A stretch of 63,943 nt of DNA, counting the filler, from Piptocephalis cylindrospora (Eukaryota): NCBI GenBank assembly GCA_003614145.1. It is 20 parts of 20 records of this genome, joined end to end, with 100 filler letters (N's around TTAATTAATTAA, not from the genome) between each part and the next. Parts side by side here need not be neighbours in the genome. Positions count along the whole stretch, not along the records: positions 61,348 to 63,943 come from KZ988877.1; 19 more parts are not named here. One strand, given 5' to 3'. Below are positions 61,248 through 63,943 of the stretch, in pieces. Below the pieces are notes generated by a model, which ran no database searches, was not told the DNA's origin, and saw only the letters and a program-made list of their open reading frames with translations. How positions within the stretch are numbered: the stretch's first letter is position 1; every line of letters begins with the position of its first letter. Both the position numbers and the translations under genes were made by a program.

Positions 61248-62124
61248 NNNNNNNNNNNNNNNNNNNNNNNNNNNNNNNNNNNNNNNNNNNNTTAATTAAT
61301 TAANNNNNNNNNNNNNNNNNNNNNNNNNNNNNNNNNNNNNNNNNNNNCATCCGGACCTCCTCTCCCATCGGATCATCTTCTTACCACTGATCACTCCATG
61401 GTTAGTCATTCGAGTAGATATCTCTCGGCCGATGAGGAGAATGGAGAGGAAGAGGACCTTGAGCCTATCCAGCCTACTGAAGATCGAGGGATGGATCAAG
61501 GGATAATCCTGGGTCTTAGGCAGGGACAGGAGGATTCAAGAGGTGACGGGAATCCTTTTGCAGAGGATGAGTTTAGAGAGGAGGAGGAGGAGGAAGAGGA
61601 AGGAGAGGAAGGTCGTCCATCTACTGGACCAGTATCCGGCGGCGATGTCTTTTCCTTGTTTAACCAAGTAAGTTCTTTTTGAGAGATTTTGTATGAAAGG
61701 AAGAGTATATTCTTACATCTCTCTATCCATCTTTAGTTTTACGAAAAACCATCAGGATCCTCCTCCTAAATTGTTTATCCTTTCGTCCCATGATGAGAAA
61801 TAGACACGCGTATATTACTTTATTTTAATCCTCTCTATCTTTCTCTCTATATGGACTTTGTATATATACCTCATGGGCACATGAGCTTCAAACAAATGTC
61901 CATGATATGCTTTCTATGATATGGTCTCCATGATATGATCCACAAGGGAGCTCCATCTTTTACGGTCACGGGAATATGTCCCATTCTGTACATTGACCCG
62001 CTCATTCCCAAGGGCTGATAGATTATCTTGCCCTTAAAAGATGCATTCTCTTTCTTATCCCCAAGGCACAGAAAGATCAGGCCACCATCCCCAGAAATCG
62101 ACAAACATTCCACCATAAATTTTA

Positions 62125-62205
62125 CACATGCCATGCTCAAAGGATCCTCACATGCCATGCTCAAAGGATCCTCACATGCCATATCCAAAAGGATCCTCAC
62201 ATGCA
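62125..62205 (+). repeat. 24-bp tandem repeat, about 3 copies (CACATGCCATGCTCAAAGGATCCT)
   Basis: Direct reading. Confidence 0.85.
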
Positions 62206-62337
62206 CAGGTACCCATGGATTCTTGGGATGCATTTCTTCCCCTAGAAAAGAAATCTAAGTCATTGACAGCTCAAATCCGCCCCCTCATCCCCCCTAAAGA
62301 CATATTTCCCTTCCTTCTCATTTACAACATATCCCTC

Positions 62338-63747
62338 ATGCCATCCACTTCTTCGTCTAACCAGTCCTCTCCCATCTCCACCCTCCCAAATTCGATCAAT
62401 GATCACATTGTCAGTAAATCTGCCTCTCGTCATGATGACCTAGGATTCCTTGAGATGGAAGATCGGGTGATCAAGTCAGATATTCTCTCTTCAACTTATC
62501 CTCCGGATCATCCTCGTGGCTGGTTCATGATAGCGCTAGCCTTCATGGCCTATTTCATCGTCGATGGTTACAGCTATGCCTGGGGCCTCTACCAAAGGGC
62601 TTATGTAGAGAGCCCAGAGTACGCTGGAGTGCCTACCTCTACCATTGCCCTCATAGGGTCCGTATGCCTCAGTACCATTTTTGGGCTGGGCCTCTTTGTC
62701 GGTACTCTTATCCGGTACTGTGGTATCCAAAAAACCCTTCTGGCTGGCACTATTTGCTTTCCCCTGGGCCTTCTCCTGGCCTCCTTTGCCACTGCCATCT
62801 GGCATCTCTTTCTCACACAGGCACTTCTTTCTGGGATTGGTGGGTCCCTGATCGTCTTCTCCATCTCCCACCTTCCTTCCCAATGGTTTAATTCCCGTAG
62901 AGGGATCGCATCAGGCTTGGCCTACGCCGGATCATGTATCGGGAGCGTGGTCCAACTTGAGGTCACCGAAGTCATGCTTGAAAATCTGGGCATCCGATGG
63001 TCCTTGCGCATCATGGCCACAGCCTCCTTTGTCATCCTCCTCACCGTTACCATATTTATCCGTGAACGCCTCCCTCCCTCCCCACCTGACATCCCCCTCT
63101 CTGAGAAGACGGGCAAGGTCAGAGGACGCGTCCAGGTTATTCTCTCCCAGATCATCGATTACTCCCTCCTGTCCCGCCCTCGCATTATCCTCCTTATGGT
63201 CATGTGTGTGGTCTACGCCTTATCCTACATGGCTCCCTTTTTCTTCCTTCCTTCGTACGCTTCCTATATCGGACTATCCAATTCCATGGGCACTAATATC
63301 ACCACAGCCCTTGCTCTATCCGATGCCGCTGGGAGGATTGTCCTAGGCTTGGCAGCTGATCGATTTGGCGCGCTAAATCTCCTCATCATCGCCTGTTTTA
63401 TCGTTACGCTCACCGATCTGATCCTATGGCCCTTGGCCACGTCAGCAGGAATGCTTCTGGGGTTTGCCATTATATTTGGCTTCTTCCAATCCGCCTTTGT
63501 CTCCATTCTTCCCATTGTCACGGCCTCCCTCGTCGATCCCGCAGAGGCATCCTCGGCCATTGGCCTTGTCCTGGGCATTGGATTTGTAGGTGATCTGGCT
63601 GGCTCCCCCATCTTTGGCGCGCTCTTCGACATAACGCACACCTACCTTCCCTCCCAAATCTTTGCTGGGTCCGTCTCTGCTCTCGGCACCCTCCTTCTTC
63701 TTCCTTTGCGTTTCATCCTGACCAAAAGTTTCTTTAAAAAAATATAA
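62338..63747 (+). CDS. MFS transporter, monocarboxylate (MCT/Mch) family
   Basis: PPDHPRGW, YAWGLYQ, SQWFNSRRGIASGLAYAGSCIG and GRIVLGLAADRFG, with about 12 TM segments. Confidence 0.92.
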   Translation: MPSTSSSNQSSPISTLPNSINDHIVSKSASRHDDLGFLEMEDRVIKSDILSSTYPPDHPRGWFMIALAFMAYFIVDGYSYAWGLYQRAYVESPEYAGVPTSTIALIGSVCLSTIFGLGLFVGTLIRYCGIQKTLLAGTICFPLGLLLASFATAIWHLFLTQALLSGIGGSLIVFSISHLPSQWFNSRRGIASGLAYAGSCIGSVVQLEVTEVMLENLGIRWSLRIMATASFVILLTVTIFIRERLPPSPPDIPLSEKTGKVRGRVQVILSQIIDYSLLSRPRIILLMVMCVVYALSYMAPFFFLPSYASYIGLSNSMGTNITTALALSDAAGRIVLGLAADRFGALNLLIIACFIVTLTDLILWPLATSAGMLLGFAIIFGFFQSAFVSILPIVTASLVDPAEASSAIGLVLGIGFVGDLAGSPIFGALFDITHTYLPSQIFAGSVSALGTLLLLPLRFILTKSFFKKI

Positions 63748-63943
63748 TTGGAGAAATAAGGGCGATCATGAAGATCGAAAGGCCTGGCTCACGATGTCCT
63801 ATAAAAGCAAGACTTTTTTGGTCCAATGAAATGTTCAGTGGTCATTCTTATCGCTTTTAATGATCATTTTTTTGTATTGAAAAATATATTGTCTTATGGT
63901 GAATCACCCAAAGGACAGAGATTACAGGAGGGCCTAAAGAGTA

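Noticed and set aside
3172..61347. Regularly spaced TTAATTAATTAA repeats as a CRISPR-like or biological array
   Set aside because: They sit inside N runs and form a synthetic all-frame stop linker. Gene order across them is meaningless.

Overview
This is not one locus. It is 20 unrelated contigs of about 3.1 kb, joined by 100-nt N44-TTAATTAATTAA-N44 spacers and sorted by decreasing length. The DNA is eukaryotic with short GT-AG introns. Gene content (FANCL, THOC5, a SPAK/OSR1-type kinase, an Ig-plus-XK-like membrane protein) points to an early-diverging fungus. Exact 55-bp inverted matches at contig starts suggest a k=55 assembly of amplified single-cell DNA; a Piptocephalis-type mycoparasite is plausible but is only an inference. 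Housekeeping genes or fragments: THOC5, STE20 kinase, MAK/Ime2 kinase, EB1, TYW1, VAM7, calcineurin A, AMMECR1, BCKDHA, RBM5/10-like, endosulfine, FANCL and an MCT-type MFS transporter. Two accessory features stand out. (1) Four paralogous secreted 4-Cys proteins share promoter and UTR DNA but have a hypervariable C3-C4 loop, and are candidate effectors. (2) At least two families of TG...CA solo-LTR-like elements with 4-bp target duplications sit exactly 9 nt upstream of degenerate tRNA-like genes, stack in tandem in either orientation, and share contigs with three of the four secreted genes. A decayed Tc1 element, L1/Tx1-like LINE fragments and short non-LTR 3' ends are also present.
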